DNA of 22,512 nt from Thermodesulfobacteriota bacterium (lineage in GTDB: Bacteria > Desulfobacterota > Desulfobulbia > Desulfobulbales > SURF-16), in NCBI GenBank assembly GCA_040755455.1, contig JBFMAY010000052.1, forward strand, positions 1 through 22,512, given 5' to 3'. Under the pieces are notes generated by a model, which did no database searches, was not told the origin of the DNA, and worked only from the letters and a program-made list of their open reading frames with translations. The first letter of the stretch is position 1. Each line of letters begins with the position of its first letter. The position numbers and the translations under genes are program-made. Below, piece after piece: positions 1-9,605 of this stretch.

Positions 1-341
1 TGCTCGTTGAGCAGAGCGAAGGCCTCATGTTTGATTTTTTTTCTGGCCTTGCAGAAGGCAACCTTGGAGACAACCTTCTTGGCAACAACTGAACCGGAGA
101 TGATTTTGAAAAACTTATTGAGCTCCGACTGGTAGGAGCTTTTTAGAAAATTACTGAGGTAGAGGATGAGGGAAACAAATGGCAATTTCCTGTTTCGGCT
201 GAAGTCAGTTTGATTTTGCCGGCTTTGTTCAAGAAATTCATGAGAAAAGATAAATTCTTTAAGGAAATTAATAAGATTGGCACATATTTTGTCAGGAGGT
301 TCCGCGCCAAACCTATGATCATTTGTGAAAAATTCAGACAT
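1..341 (-). CDS. IS4-family transposase, N-terminal 113 codons (runs off the window)
   Basis: Manual translation from ATG 341 (preceded by AGGGAGGA): MSEFFTNDHRFGAEPPDKICANLINFLKEFIFSHEFLEQSRQNQTDFSRNRKLPFVSLILYLSNFLKSSYQSELNKFFKIISGSVVAKKVVSKVAFCKARKKIKHEAFALLNE. It is colinear with the transposase at 14573-15988. Not in the ORF track. Confidence 0.9.
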   Translation of the reverse strand, partial: MSEFFTNDHRFGAEPPDKICANLINFLKEFIFSHEFLEQSRQNQTDFSRNRKLPFVSLILYLSNFLKSSYQSELNKFFKIISGSVVAKKVVSKVAFCKARKKIKHEAFALLNE

Positions 342-542
342 GCCATCCTCCCTGTAAAAATAGTTTTTTTGAAGTTGGATAATATTATTAATAATAGCAT
401 TAACATGTTGAATTTTCGATAAATTTTTTAAAATTTACAATCTTAAGTTAACCTGATTAGCGTTAATCTTCCGCATTCAGTTAGTAGGACACTATTTGTC
501 CTAGGTCCTATGGTAATTTTCATGACAAACAAGGAGGTCGTC

Positions 543-1724
543 ATGAAAATGAATCGAATACAGTTTCAACAGGGTCTGAGTTTGAACCAATTTATTGCTC
601 AATACGGGGATGAGCAGCAATGCGAATCAGTGCTTGAATCTGCTCGCTGGCCCCATGGATTTATCTGCCCCAAATGCGGTAGCGACCAGTACGGTACTTA
701 CCGAAGAGGCAAGAGGGTCAAGGTGTTCCAATGCAAAGCCTGCCGAGGCCAAACGACACTGACGGAAGGGACCACTTTCCATTCGTCAAAAATACCCTTG
801 ACCGTATGGTTCCAGGCGATGTTTTTTCAGACCCAGAACAAAAATAATATCTCTATTCTGGAGTTCAAACGCCTCCTTGGTGTTTGTTATCGAACAGCAT
901 GGCGAATCAAGCACAAACTCATGGAGGTCATGTTTGTGCGTGAGCAAACCACCCTTCTTTCAGGACGTGTCGAGATCGACGATGCCTATCTTGGTGGCGA
1001 ATTGCCCGACGGCAAGGTCGGTCGGGGTTCCGAAAATAAAACCCCGTTCATCGCGGCAGTGCAGACCGACAAAGAAGGCCATCCGCTTTATGCCGTCTTT
1101 TCGACCGTGAAAAGTTTCTGCAAAGAAGAGGTCGAATTATGGGCGAAACGCTCTCTGAGGCCATCTTCGCTTGTGGTCTCAGACGGTCTTTGGTGCTTCA
1201 AGGCCGTTGAAGCCGCAGGCTGCTTCCATCAGAGAGAAGTCGTTGGCAAAGGTCGTAAAAGCACCAGCATGGGGTGTTTCCGTTGGGTCAATACAATACT
1301 CGGCAACATGAAAAACGCCATTACCGGAACGTACCATGCTTTTGACTTTAAAAAATATGCTCACCGCTATCTGGGCGAGGTTCAATACCGCTTTAACCCT
1401 ACAACACAAGTTTTGTGCCCAAAAAAGGGTCGAAATCAAACTTAAATACATAAAATATCCTGCGAATGCGAGCACTTATATTTTTTGAATAATTACAAAT
1501 AGATATCAACTAGTCGAAATCATTCAAAATTTACTTGAAAAATGATCTTAAAAAGCGCCAGGAATTATCAGTTAAATAACTAGTTATTTCAACATGTTAA
1601 CAAGAAGTTGCGTTGTAGGGTTAACCGGCGTTTTGATCTCCAGCAGATGTTTAAGGGTTTTGTATTCGCTACCGCCAGATCTTGCAAGGTCCGTGAGTAC
1701 AAACTACGCCTTGCGGAAGATTAG
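543..1724 (+). pseudogene. IS1595/ISXO2-like transposase interrupted by a MITE
   Basis: AAGGAGG then ATG 543; Zn ribbon CPKC...CKAC; EIDDAYLGG, SDG and WVNTILGN motifs. The frame breaks at YRFN (1396) and resumes at 1625 as RRFDLQQMFKGFVFATARSCKVREYKLRLAED*, TAG 1722-1724. Reconstituted protein is 317 aa. Confidence 0.92.
1397..1620. mobile_element. MITE (224 bp), TTAA target duplication
   Basis: TIRs CCCTACAACACAAGTT / AAGTTGCGTTGTAGGG (14/16); TTAA at 1393-1396 and 1621-1624; AT-rich non-coding interior; removing it restores the host frame. Confidence 0.93.
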
Positions 1725-1862
1725 CGCTAATCAGGTAAGTTATAAGTTAATGACATTGCTATTAACTTCCTAAAAAACTCTTGCAGGGGTAGACCGTTTC
1801 AGGTGAGGCACCGGGACATTTCTCAATATACTCTGTTTTAATATATCTTTTTCTACCTGCCC

Positions 1863-2924
1863 TTAAACCTCTTTTTTTCCTGCTCCGAGTTTAACGGCTA
1901 ACACCACCAGAGGAGTCATGGCAACAGCAGTTAGATAACCACCCCAATTAGGTCTCAAATAAACAATCCAAGCCAAAGGAAACAACCAGAAAAAATTAAT
2001 CACGGCAACACATAATGTAACAAATCGGTGCCCCCTTGCCCGCGATATATCATGAGGTACACCATTCAATATATTTTTCAGTTGTATATTTAAAGACAGA
2101 CGTTGATAGGCATGACTGCGATGGGCTTCATAAAACCTCTCTCCGCTACATATGCGCCTTACCAAAGTAACTGTGGCATCAACAAAAAAAACTGCAAGAA
2201 GGATCAACCAGACCCATAAAGACATTCCCTCAGATAGAGCTGTCTGGAAGGCAAAAATACCTAGAACAAAACCTAAAAAACCACTACCGGCATCGCCCAT
2301 AAAAATCCTGGCAGGCGGCCAATTCCAGATCAGGAAACCAAGACAGGAGAGAGACAGGATAATCAAGGGAAAAGCAGCCTTAGCCCCATCGTTTAAAAAT
2401 ACGATCAACGCCGCGCCGCCGGCTACAGATATTGTCTCGATTGCAGCAATGCCGTCAATGCCGTCCATGAAATTGTAAAAGTTTAATAGCCAGACTAGAA
2501 AAATAACGGCCAGCACAGACCCGATCCAGTTAATCAGCCTGATGTCGCCCCCGACATTCAGGTCCGGGAAATATCCGATTAAAAACAGACCCCATGACGC
2601 CGCGCTGAAATGCACAAGAATACGCCATCTGGCCGGGATGGGCCGATGGTCATCCCAGAAACCAAGCGCAGCAATGAGCAGACCTCCGACAAAAAGGGCA
2701 TAAAACTCCGTCTGTTGCAAATCATCAACAACATAGAGATACAGCATGGTCATCAAAAAAGAAATGACAATGCCTATACCTCCTCCACGCGGAGTCGGCA
2801 CATCATGCGAACTTCTTGCATTGGGGATATCCAACAAACGGAATTTTATTGCATATCCGCGTAACAGCCCAGTGAGCAGAAAGGAAAGAAAAAAAACGAT
2901 ACCGCCTAGGAACAATTCAATCAT
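1863..2924 (-). CDS. MraY/WecA-like polyprenyl-phosphate HexNAc-1-P transferase (WbpL/WbcO-like initiating transferase)
   Basis: DIPNARSSHDVPTPRGGG, GFWDD, NFYNFMDGIDG, IFMGDAGS and HRSHAYQ motifs; multiple TM segments. Start placed at ATG 2924, overlapping the upstream stop. Confidence 0.9.
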   Translation of the reverse strand: MIELFLGGIVFFLSFLLTGLLRGYAIKFRLLDIPNARSSHDVPTPRGGGIGIVISFLMTMLYLYVVDDLQQTEFYALFVGGLLIAALGFWDDHRPIPARWRILVHFSAASWGLFLIGYFPDLNVGGDIRLINWIGSVLAVIFLVWLLNFYNFMDGIDGIAAIETISVAGGAALIVFLNDGAKAAFPLIILSLSCLGFLIWNWPPARIFMGDAGSGFLGFVLGIFAFQTALSEGMSLWVWLILLAVFFVDATVTLVRRICSGERFYEAHRSHAYQRLSLNIQLKNILNGVPHDISRARGHRFVTLCVAVINFFWLFPLAWIVYLRPNWGGYLTAVAMTPLVVLAVKLGAGKKEV

Positions 2925-3912
2925 GAATTTCCTTTTTCTCTTGCATAAAGCCTGCAACAGTTGCCATGAGGCCCTCATCGCAAGATAAAGGCGGCTCCCA
3001 GTCCAATACCCTTTTTGCCTTGGAAATATCCGCCTGCAATGAACCGCACAAACGGCTCAAAGCATCCTCTTTGCCTAAAATTTGCCCGGCAAGTCTCAGA
3101 AATTTCAAAGATACGGGAAACAGCCTGGCAGGACGATTCATAAAAAATGATATTTTGCGGATGAGCTGAGAAGCTGAAAGATCTTCACCATCAGATATCA
3201 AAAATACCTCCCCCGCCGCAGAAGGATGTCCGATGCAGCACAATATAAAATCAACCAGGTTTCCAAGTGCCACCAAACTGCGCATATTGTTAACATTTGC
3301 CAGTGGGAGAGGAATGCCCCGGTCAACTAATTGCAGCAAACGAAGAAAATTTGCCTTTACTCCCGGCCCATACACCAAAGGTGGCCTGATGCTCACCACT
3401 TCCATGCCCGTTTCTGCTGCAACATCGCGCAAAAGCTGTTCGGCTTCCCATTTGGAAACCGCATACGGGTCAAGCGGGTTTGGTGGATCTGTTTCAGAAA
3501 AAAATTTTGGGTTTTCTTTCGTTCCTGTCTCTTCACCATTAACTTTAATTGAACTGAGATAAATAAAACGCCGCACTCCGGCTTCAGCCGATTTCCAGGC
3601 CAAATGCTCCGTTCCAGCGGTGTTCACTATACGAAACGCCGCAAGCGGATCACTTGCATAATCCTGCATCACATGCACGCGCGCCGCGAGGTGAATTACA
3701 ACATCCACACCTTTTAAGACAGCATCCCATTTTGTTTCCGGACCAATGTCTCCTAAAGCATAAGTATATTCCGCCCTAATAGGGCGGTTCACGTCAGAGA
3801 AAAGAGATCTTACAACACGACGCACCGATAAATCTTTTTGCTCCAGTGCCGAACATAACGTTCTTCCGACAAAACCGTTTGCTCCAGTAACTAAAACTTG
3901 TTGCTGTTGCAA
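2917..3912 (-). CDS. NAD-dependent epimerase/dehydratase, extended SDR (WbpK/WbpV-like)
   Basis: VTGANGFVG, HLAARVH, LSSIKVNGE, YAVSK (YxxxK) and RPPLVYGPGVKANF; TTG start. Confidence 0.88.
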   Translation of the reverse strand: MQQQQVLVTGANGFVGRTLCSALEQKDLSVRRVVRSLFSDVNRPIRAEYTYALGDIGPETKWDAVLKGVDVVIHLAARVHVMQDYASDPLAAFRIVNTAGTEHLAWKSAEAGVRRFIYLSSIKVNGEETGTKENPKFFSETDPPNPLDPYAVSKWEAEQLLRDVAAETGMEVVSIRPPLVYGPGVKANFLRLLQLVDRGIPLPLANVNNMRSLVALGNLVDFILCCIGHPSAAGEVFLISDGEDLSASQLIRKISFFMNRPARLFPVSLKFLRLAGQILGKEDALSRLCGSLQADISKAKRVLDWEPPLSCDEGLMATVAGFMQEKKEIHD

Positions 3913-5081
3913 GACAATAGATCCTTATAGACATCTAACGTTTGGCTGGTTACTTTTTCTATCGAAAAATCAGCCTCGGCAATCTCTCTTCCCCTCATTC
4001 CCATCTGCACCCGCAAATTCGGTTCCACAATTAACCGTCTCAATGCATCTACTAATGCAACAGGGTTTCCAATCGGAACTAAAAAGCCATTTTCCCCATT
4101 TTTAACGATTTCACGACATCCTGGAGCATCAGTCGTAACAATTGCCCGGCCACAGGATGCTGCTTCAATCAGCACCTTCGGAACCCCTTCACCATAGCTT
4201 GTCGGTAAACAGCAGATATTGGACACAGCAAAAATTGGCGGCATATTTTCTTGATGCCCCCACCACTCTATCACACCATCAGCATGCCACTTTTGCAGTT
4301 GTGTATTCGGAACAGAAGCGGGATTTTCCGGGTCACTGACGCCAACAAGGACGAAACGAGCTTTAATTCCATTTTCATTAATAACTGCTGCTGCTTTAAC
4401 AAATTCACCAACTCCCTTGTCCCAGAGCATACGGGATGCCAACAGCACAATCGGTACCTGTTCCGGTTCAGGTACGGGAAAAAAAGTTTTGAGATCAACC
4501 CCGGAACCACGTATTAATGCAACTCTTTCCTTTCTGACAACACCTCGATGCACTAACGAAACTGCATCATCGGGGTTTTGTAATATTGTCCTCGAATTTC
4601 TGCGATTTAATAATATCCGAAACGCCTTTTCAACAAACGGACGGAGAAACTTAGCCTTCCATTGCCGGGAACTGAACAGATATCCCAATCCTGCCAATGC
4701 ATTAACAACACAGGGGACTCTGACCAGTCTAGCTGCTAATGCCCCATAGAGTACCGGTTTTAATGCAATATGATGTACAATATCCGGCTGTTCCTGTTGA
4801 TAGAGTGATATAAGATGCCGAATAAAGATTATTTCCCGGAAAGGATTGGCCCCACGGCGTCTAAAATTGATAGGAATAAGTTTCAGATTTGCAGCACGAA
4901 TCTTATCACCATGCTTATCTTCACGGGTGACAACCACTACTTCATAGCCGGCATTGGATGCTGCAACTGCCAGCGGCAGCCGGTGGGAGCAGAAGTACCA
5001 ATCTTCCGTGACAAAAAAAAGGAGTTTAGGATGCTGCGAGCTTTTACCCTGCTCCATCATTTTATTTGGCATCCTCACCAT
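3891..5081 (-). CDS. Glycosyltransferase family 4 (CapM-like)
   Basis: VTEDWYFCSHRL, ASRMLWDKGVGEF and EGVPKVLIEAA (Ex7E) motifs; exact start uncertain. Confidence 0.9.
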   Translation of the reverse strand: MVRMPNKMMEQGKSSQHPKLLFFVTEDWYFCSHRLPLAVAASNAGYEVVVVTREDKHGDKIRAANLKLIPINFRRRGANPFREIIFIRHLISLYQQEQPDIVHHIALKPVLYGALAARLVRVPCVVNALAGLGYLFSSRQWKAKFLRPFVEKAFRILLNRRNSRTILQNPDDAVSLVHRGVVRKERVALIRGSGVDLKTFFPVPEPEQVPIVLLASRMLWDKGVGEFVKAAAVINENGIKARFVLVGVSDPENPASVPNTQLQKWHADGVIEWWGHQENMPPIFAVSNICCLPTSYGEGVPKVLIEAASCGRAIVTTDAPGCREIVKNGENGFLVPIGNPVALVDALRRLIVEPNLRVQMGMRGREIAEADFSIEKVTSQTLDVYKDLLSCNSNKF

Positions 5082-5212
5082 ATATATGTCACCGCCTTCT
5101 TTTTATTATTGCAATTCGGTGGCGTCAATTTCTTTTAATCTGCATCAGCCGAGAGTCAGCCAGGAAAAATTCAAACACTCCCTGCAAAATCCAACTACTA
5201 TTTGCCCTTATA

Positions 5213-5872
5213 TTACAATACCGACTCAGTCCGTCTTTTAACTGGACCCACTACTCGTGCTGGCACTCCGGCGGCAATGCAGTCAGCTGGAATGTCATTT
5301 GTTACCACGGCACCGGCGCCGATAACCGCTCTGGGGCCAATCGTTACGCCCTTGAGAATAATTGCTCTGGCCCCGATCCAAGCGTCTTGACAGATTCGAA
5401 CCGGTGCCGAGGGAATTTTATCAATATTACGAACCCGTCTGTCGGCAGCATCCAAAGGATGAAAATCGGTGTCATAAATCAACACGCCGGCGCCAAGATT
5501 CACGTAATCTTCTATGACAATCTGCTCTGTGCAGTAGAGAACCACCCCTGACATCCCCACGTGATTGCCGATAGTCAGTTTGGAACCAGGCCTTACGGCA
5601 CACAGAACGCACCTGGAATGAACGCCTGCTGGATTTTCAGAAATAGTATTTCGGATAATGACATCCGAACCGATTTCGATGACGGCAAGGGAATGCTTGC
5701 GGCAGAAGGGGGTAGTGTACATACGAAGACGTCCCTGCAATCGGACGCCGTGCAGCTTCAGGTAGCCGATGGCTATTCTTGACATCACGCCTCGGCGTAC
5801 AAACTGAATACCCCACCATGCCGACCTGCAAAATCGACTTAATATCATGGCGGTAACCCGACGATCATTCAT
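5213..5872 (-). CDS. Hexapeptide-repeat acyltransferase (sugar O-acetyltransferase-like)
   Basis: IYDTDFH and [31 protein letters not shown]...AAGVPAR left-handed beta-helix repeats. Confidence 0.88.
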   Translation of the reverse strand: MNDRRVTAMILSRFCRSAWWGIQFVRRGVMSRIAIGYLKLHGVRLQGRLRMYTTPFCRKHSLAVIEIGSDVIIRNTISENPAGVHSRCVLCAVRPGSKLTIGNHVGMSGVVLYCTEQIVIEDYVNLGAGVLIYDTDFHPLDAADRRVRNIDKIPSAPVRICQDAWIGARAIILKGVTIGPRAVIGAGAVVTNDIPADCIAAGVPARVVGPVKRRTESVL

Positions 5873-6534
5873 CTATTGTCCAACTTTACGGCTTCCATAT
5901 TCAGGCTTATGTGAAATTCCATATCGTTCTTGTTGATTCTTCTGGAAGCCCAGTCGTCAAAACGGTGGTATTCAACTTTATCCGGGTCCCAGTGACGAAT
6001 ATCGATGAAACCGGCATCATTCAATATTTTTCGCAGAGACTTGGTATTGTATATCATGCAATGTTGTGGGTATCCGCAAGCATATCCCAACAGCGGCGTT
6101 CGTATACTCTCAGAATCCCTGTCACAGGCCAGATAAACATCAAGAAGTTTGTCAAAATCAGGAACAGAGATCCTTAACACCCCGCCGACTTTCAATATTC
6201 TTTTCCACTCCCATAAAACGCTTTTTAATTTTTCTGGAGCGATGTGCTCCAAAAGGTGGCATGCATAGACCAAATCGGCATAGTTATCCGGAAGAATCGA
6301 TAAGTCGGTGACGTCGCAGACGTAATGAACATGCGGCGCAGGATGTGCGTCAACGTTAATAAATTCCGGGCTGACGATGTCACCACAACCTAGGTGTATG
6401 AGAACTTTACCATCGGGATTTTGGGGCAACGATGGGCGGATTAACCGTCTCTTAACAGTAGCCGTTCGGCTTTTTAATTTGCGGCTGAGCACAAAAAACG
6501 CCCACCTGATTTCCGAGAAGACCTGCTTGGACAT
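5869..6534 (-). CDS. Class I SAM-dependent methyltransferase domain protein
   Basis: IHLGCG motif [24 protein letters not shown]. Confidence 0.85.
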   Translation of the reverse strand: MSKQVFSEIRWAFFVLSRKLKSRTATVKRRLIRPSLPQNPDGKVLIHLGCGDIVSPEFINVDAHPAPHVHYVCDVTDLSILPDNYADLVYACHLLEHIAPEKLKSVLWEWKRILKVGGVLRISVPDFDKLLDVYLACDRDSESIRTPLLGYACGYPQHCMIYNTKSLRKILNDAGFIDIRHWDPDKVEYHRFDDWASRRINKNDMEFHISLNMEAVKLDNR

Positions 6535-6564
6535 CGTATCAACGCCTCAAAATATGGTTGTGAC

Positions 6565-7434
6565 TCATGTGCGATTCGCGCCAATGAGATACCTGTAAAT
6601 TTTTGCAAAGACCTTTTTAGTCAATCCGTAGTTGCCTGGATATGTTCGCAACCATAGCGGCACCAGTTGCATCCGACTGTGCCGGTATGGAATGGAATGC
6701 CAGCACACGCGTCCGCAACCACTGGTAAAAACCGTTCCGTCGTAACCGTTGAATAGATACGTTACTGCAGAATAATCCGTTCTTATGGCATCTATGGAGT
6801 TGTCTGCTATCCCGAACAATTCAAAATATCGCGAATCAACGAAGATGGCATTGCATTGCGTTACCGCAATCAATTCGTACCCTTTTTGCTTTGCGAGATT
6901 GGTAAGCGCCAGCAGGCTGTTTCCCTGTGTGATGCTCATATCAGCGGGCTGTATGAACTCAACCGCATTCGGAATAGTCGGGTTATATTCAATTACAACC
7001 AGCTTTGGGTTATAATGTTTGACAGCGGCCCAGACATGATAATCATTTCCGTCAATATCGATGGACAGCACATCGAAATTGAGGGGGATATCCGTTTTTT
7101 CAAGAATTGAGTCTAAACCATTATTATTCTCAAAACCGACAAATGCATGAATTGGATGAATGTCTTTATTATCCCGGAAATTTTTTTTCAGGTCATTGCA
7201 CCGTTCCATATCGCCTTCGATTAAAACAGCGCTATAGCCTCTGTTTGCTATAAGATTGCGTGTGTTGCTCAAATAAACACCATCCCAGGCTCCGAATTCA
7301 ACGCACCAGCGGTCATTTTCGTTGATGACCTCCAGTGCTTTTTCAATGATGCCGTCCTCGCCCGCCTGGGAATATTCATTGCGGGCAAACTGATTCAGCC
7401 AGGGCGCGGAGCTAGTTGTTGCATTTTTGTTCAT
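6565..7434 (-). CDS. FkbM-like methyltransferase-fold protein
   Basis: YSQAGEDGII, VEFGAWDG...SN, LIEG, LSIDIDGNDY and VIEYN. True start likely ATG 7434, because the ORF-track extension runs through the IS200 end. Confidence 0.75.
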   Translation of the reverse strand: MNKNATTSSAPWLNQFARNEYSQAGEDGIIEKALEVINENDRWCVEFGAWDGVYLSNTRNLIANRGYSAVLIEGDMERCNDLKKNFRDNKDIHPIHAFVGFENNNGLDSILEKTDIPLNFDVLSIDIDGNDYHVWAAVKHYNPKLVVIEYNPTIPNAVEFIQPADMSITQGNSLLALTNLAKQKGYELIAVTQCNAIFVDSRYFELFGIADNSIDAIRTDYSAVTYLFNGYDGTVFTSGCGRVCWHSIPYRHSRMQLVPLWLRTYPGNYGLTKKVFAKIYRYLIGANRT

Positions 7435-7462
7435 AATATGCCTATCGAGAAAGATGTAAAAA

Positions 7463-8060
7463 CTAAACAACCACCAGCTAAAGCTGGTGGGTTTGGCTAA
7501 CGTGCTGAAAGCACGGATACGGGTCAGCAGACCCGTTTGGTCATTCTTCAACTTTTATACTTTCATCAGGGCTTGGTTCAAAATGATGCTCAAGATAACT
7601 CTTTATCATCTCATCTGTTATTTGTCCCGATGTGGCGCAAAAATACCCGCGCCCCCAAAAATGCCGGCCCCAATATCTCTTCTTTACGTGGGGAAATTCC
7701 TCAAACAGCTTCGAGGAGGTTCTTCCCTTTATCCTTCTCATTATCTCCGATGGAGCCATGCTCGGTGGTGCGGACACGAATACATGCACATGATCCTTGC
7801 TCACCACTCCACTTATGATCTTGATCTCAAATGCCTCGCAGGTTTGCCGGACAATCTCTTTCACTCGAAGCGCTATCTCTCCCGTCAGAACCTTGTAACG
7901 ATATTTTGTCACCCATACAAAGTGATACTCGATATTGTATACTGTGTGACTTCCATAACGGTATTCCATATGCCCTCCTCTTCCCTGGAGGCATAGGCTA
8001 TCATAAAATGAACGATAAATCTATCCGCCTAAAAGGCGGAGGTTTTAACCTTAACTGAGA
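7463..8060 (-). mobile_element. IS200/IS605-family element, TnpA only
   Basis: Subterminal hairpins TCCGCCT-AAA-AGGCGGA (8024-8040) and CCACCAGCT-AA-AGCTGGTGG (7471-7490); TTAG (minus strand) at both boundaries; no tnpB. Boundaries are inferred. Confidence 0.82.
7541..7969 (-). CDS. tnpA: IS200/IS605 Y1 HUH transposase
   Basis: YHFVWVTKYRYKVL, DHVH (HUH), KGRTS, FWGRGYF, catalytic Tyr in IKSYLEHH; 142 aa. Confidence 0.95.
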   Translation of the reverse strand: MEYRYGSHTVYNIEYHFVWVTKYRYKVLTGEIALRVKEIVRQTCEAFEIKIISGVVSKDHVHVFVSAPPSMAPSEIMRRIKGRTSSKLFEEFPHVKKRYWGRHFWGRGYFCATSGQITDEMIKSYLEHHFEPSPDESIKVEE

Positions 8061-8194
8061 CTAATAAATGTTATTCTATCGAAAAACTCCCCCTCATACG
8101 CCAAGTAAAAAAGGGGAACCACTGTCGGTCATTTCAAACAGATCCACTTCAGCAAGGGGAGGTATAATAAGACTACAGAATGCCCTTCGTGCGT

Positions 8195-9514
8195 TTATGT
8201 CGGAAGCGTTTGCACCATATTCCGGTACTGCCGGACAAGATAGTAACTTGTGGCGCCCATCGCCAGAACAATTGCCCAGGCTACCATCTCGACCGAAAGC
8301 GTACCGGTAACCAGCAAAACAATTCCGATCACGGCCACATTGACCGCCGCCTGAATCAGATAGGACAAAAAACACGGGCGTACCCTGCCCAGCCCCATCA
8401 GGGTATAATATGCCGGAACGCACAATAAACTGAGAAAAGTGCCGATCAGCATAATCCGAAACGTCCCGGGCAGCGATGCGACAAGTTTTGCACCAAGCCA
8501 GAGTTTTAACAAACCTGGCAGCAATAAAATTATCAGCCCATACACCACCCCACCAAAAATGAAAATAAGTTTTGTCTGCCGGCGATACAGTTGCTGGATC
8601 CGTTGGCCGGCATCGGCTGACAGTTGTCCCCCGATCCGGCTGATTTCCGGCATGAGAGCCCGAAGACCTACCTCGGCCAAGGCGCGAACCTGCACGCTGC
8701 CATTGTATGCAATTTCGTAAACCGGCATTGCCGCAACGCCAGCATAACGTGAAAGCATCATTTTGTTAAAAGGGCTCAAAAGCATATTGATCAAAGATCC
8801 GCCAAACACCGCTCCCCCAAAACGCAGAATACGCTTCCCGCGCTGCATATCAAAATTGGCCATCTTCAGAAAGCGGAGATCAAGGATGCGCCGGATACAG
8901 ATAAGACTGGCGATATGCATGAATATGTTTGAAAAAACGTTTCCCACCAGCAGGCTTTCAATCTCTCCACCGTTGTATAGCATTGCGCCGGATACGGTAA
9001 CCAGCACCACTCTGCCGGCGGATTGGATGTAATTGGCCAAGTCCATGCGCCCCAAACCGGAAAGAACCGAGTTCAATACCTGAATAACAAAAACATAAAT
9101 ACTCAACATGCCGATATACGGCAATAACCACAAAACCGTGCCGGCATTGTCGCTGCTGAGGCGAAATAAGGCAATGATCTGTTCCCGGAAAAGCATAATT
9201 ACCATCAATACGACTGTGCCGCTGATACAAAGCAATGCCAGTGCGGTGGCAGTATAGTGCTCAATCGCCTCCTTATCGTTGCGACTGTGCTCTTCAGCAA
9301 TAAGTTTCACAACGGCCGGACCTATCCCGAGATTGCCTAGTTGAGCAAACGTCAATACCGTGCTCAAGACCAGCCATACACCATATTTCTCATACCCCAT
9401 GAAACTCAGACATATCGGGTACATCACAGCCAGACTCGCAGTGTTGATTACTGTTGCTGCAACTCCTGACGCCATATTTATACGAAGCTGTGAGGAAAAA
9501 ATCTTCTTGATCAT
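8195..9514 (-). CDS. wzx: Oligosaccharide flippase (MOP superfamily)
   Basis: 439 aa, roughly 12 hydrophobic segments, GYEKYGVW and LGNLGIG N-terminal pattern, polysaccharide-cluster context. Confidence 0.82.
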   Translation of the reverse strand: MIKKIFSSQLRINMASGVAATVINTASLAVMYPICLSFMGYEKYGVWLVLSTVLTFAQLGNLGIGPAVVKLIAEEHSRNDKEAIEHYTATALALLCISGTVVLMVIMLFREQIIALFRLSSDNAGTVLWLLPYIGMLSIYVFVIQVLNSVLSGLGRMDLANYIQSAGRVVLVTVSGAMLYNGGEIESLLVGNVFSNIFMHIASLICIRRILDLRFLKMANFDMQRGKRILRFGGAVFGGSLINMLLSPFNKMMLSRYAGVAAMPVYEIAYNGSVQVRALAEVGLRALMPEISRIGGQLSADAGQRIQQLYRRQTKLIFIFGGVVYGLIILLLPGLLKLWLGAKLVASLPGTFRIMLIGTFLSLLCVPAYYTLMGLGRVRPCFLSYLIQAAVNVAVIGIVLLVTGTLSVEMVAWAIVLAMGATSYYLVRQYRNMVQTLPT

Positions 9515-9605
9515 TCAAAATTTCCGCTGACGAACCCGAATATGCTCTGCCCTTTTCGGCCGTGATCAGATTGTTCTTTCACAATAATATTCATGTCCGC
9601 TATTC

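Larger units (their letters stand above)
452..1735 (+). mobile_element. IS1595-family (IS1595 group) insertion sequence
   Basis: IRs CCTGATTAGCGTTAATCTTCCGCA (452-475) and TGCGGAAGATTAGCGCTAATCAGG (1712-1735), one mismatch. CCTGATT ends are typical of the IS1595 group. Flanked by TAAGTTAA / TAAGTTA(T). Length is 1056 bp once the MITE and one TSD are removed. Confidence 0.93.
1..1758 (-). mobile_element. IS4-family element copy A (partial); its upstream terminal IR is interrupted by an IS1595 element
   Basis: The IR TTAAGTTAATGACATTG of copy B (16023-16039) appears split here as CTTAAGTTAA (442-451) and TAAGTTAATGACATTG (1743-1758). Confidence 0.85.

Noticed and set aside
143..422. ORF-track entries 143-406 (-) and 210-422 (+)
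   Set aside because: Alternative frames over the IS4 transposase start; the real frame begins at 341 and runs off the window.
1397..1445. C-terminus PTTQVLCPKKGRNQT of the 311-aa ORF
   Set aside because: Read-through into the MITE; the native tail is at 1625-1724.
1574..1589. Palindrome AAATAACTAGTTATTT and IHF-like boxes in the 224-bp MITE
   Set aside because: Present, but expected by chance in AT-rich DNA and not shared with the second MITE.
5088..5100. AGAAGGCGGTGAC as an RfaH ops element
   Set aside because: Does not match GGCGGTAG and sits at ribosome-binding distance from ATG 5081.
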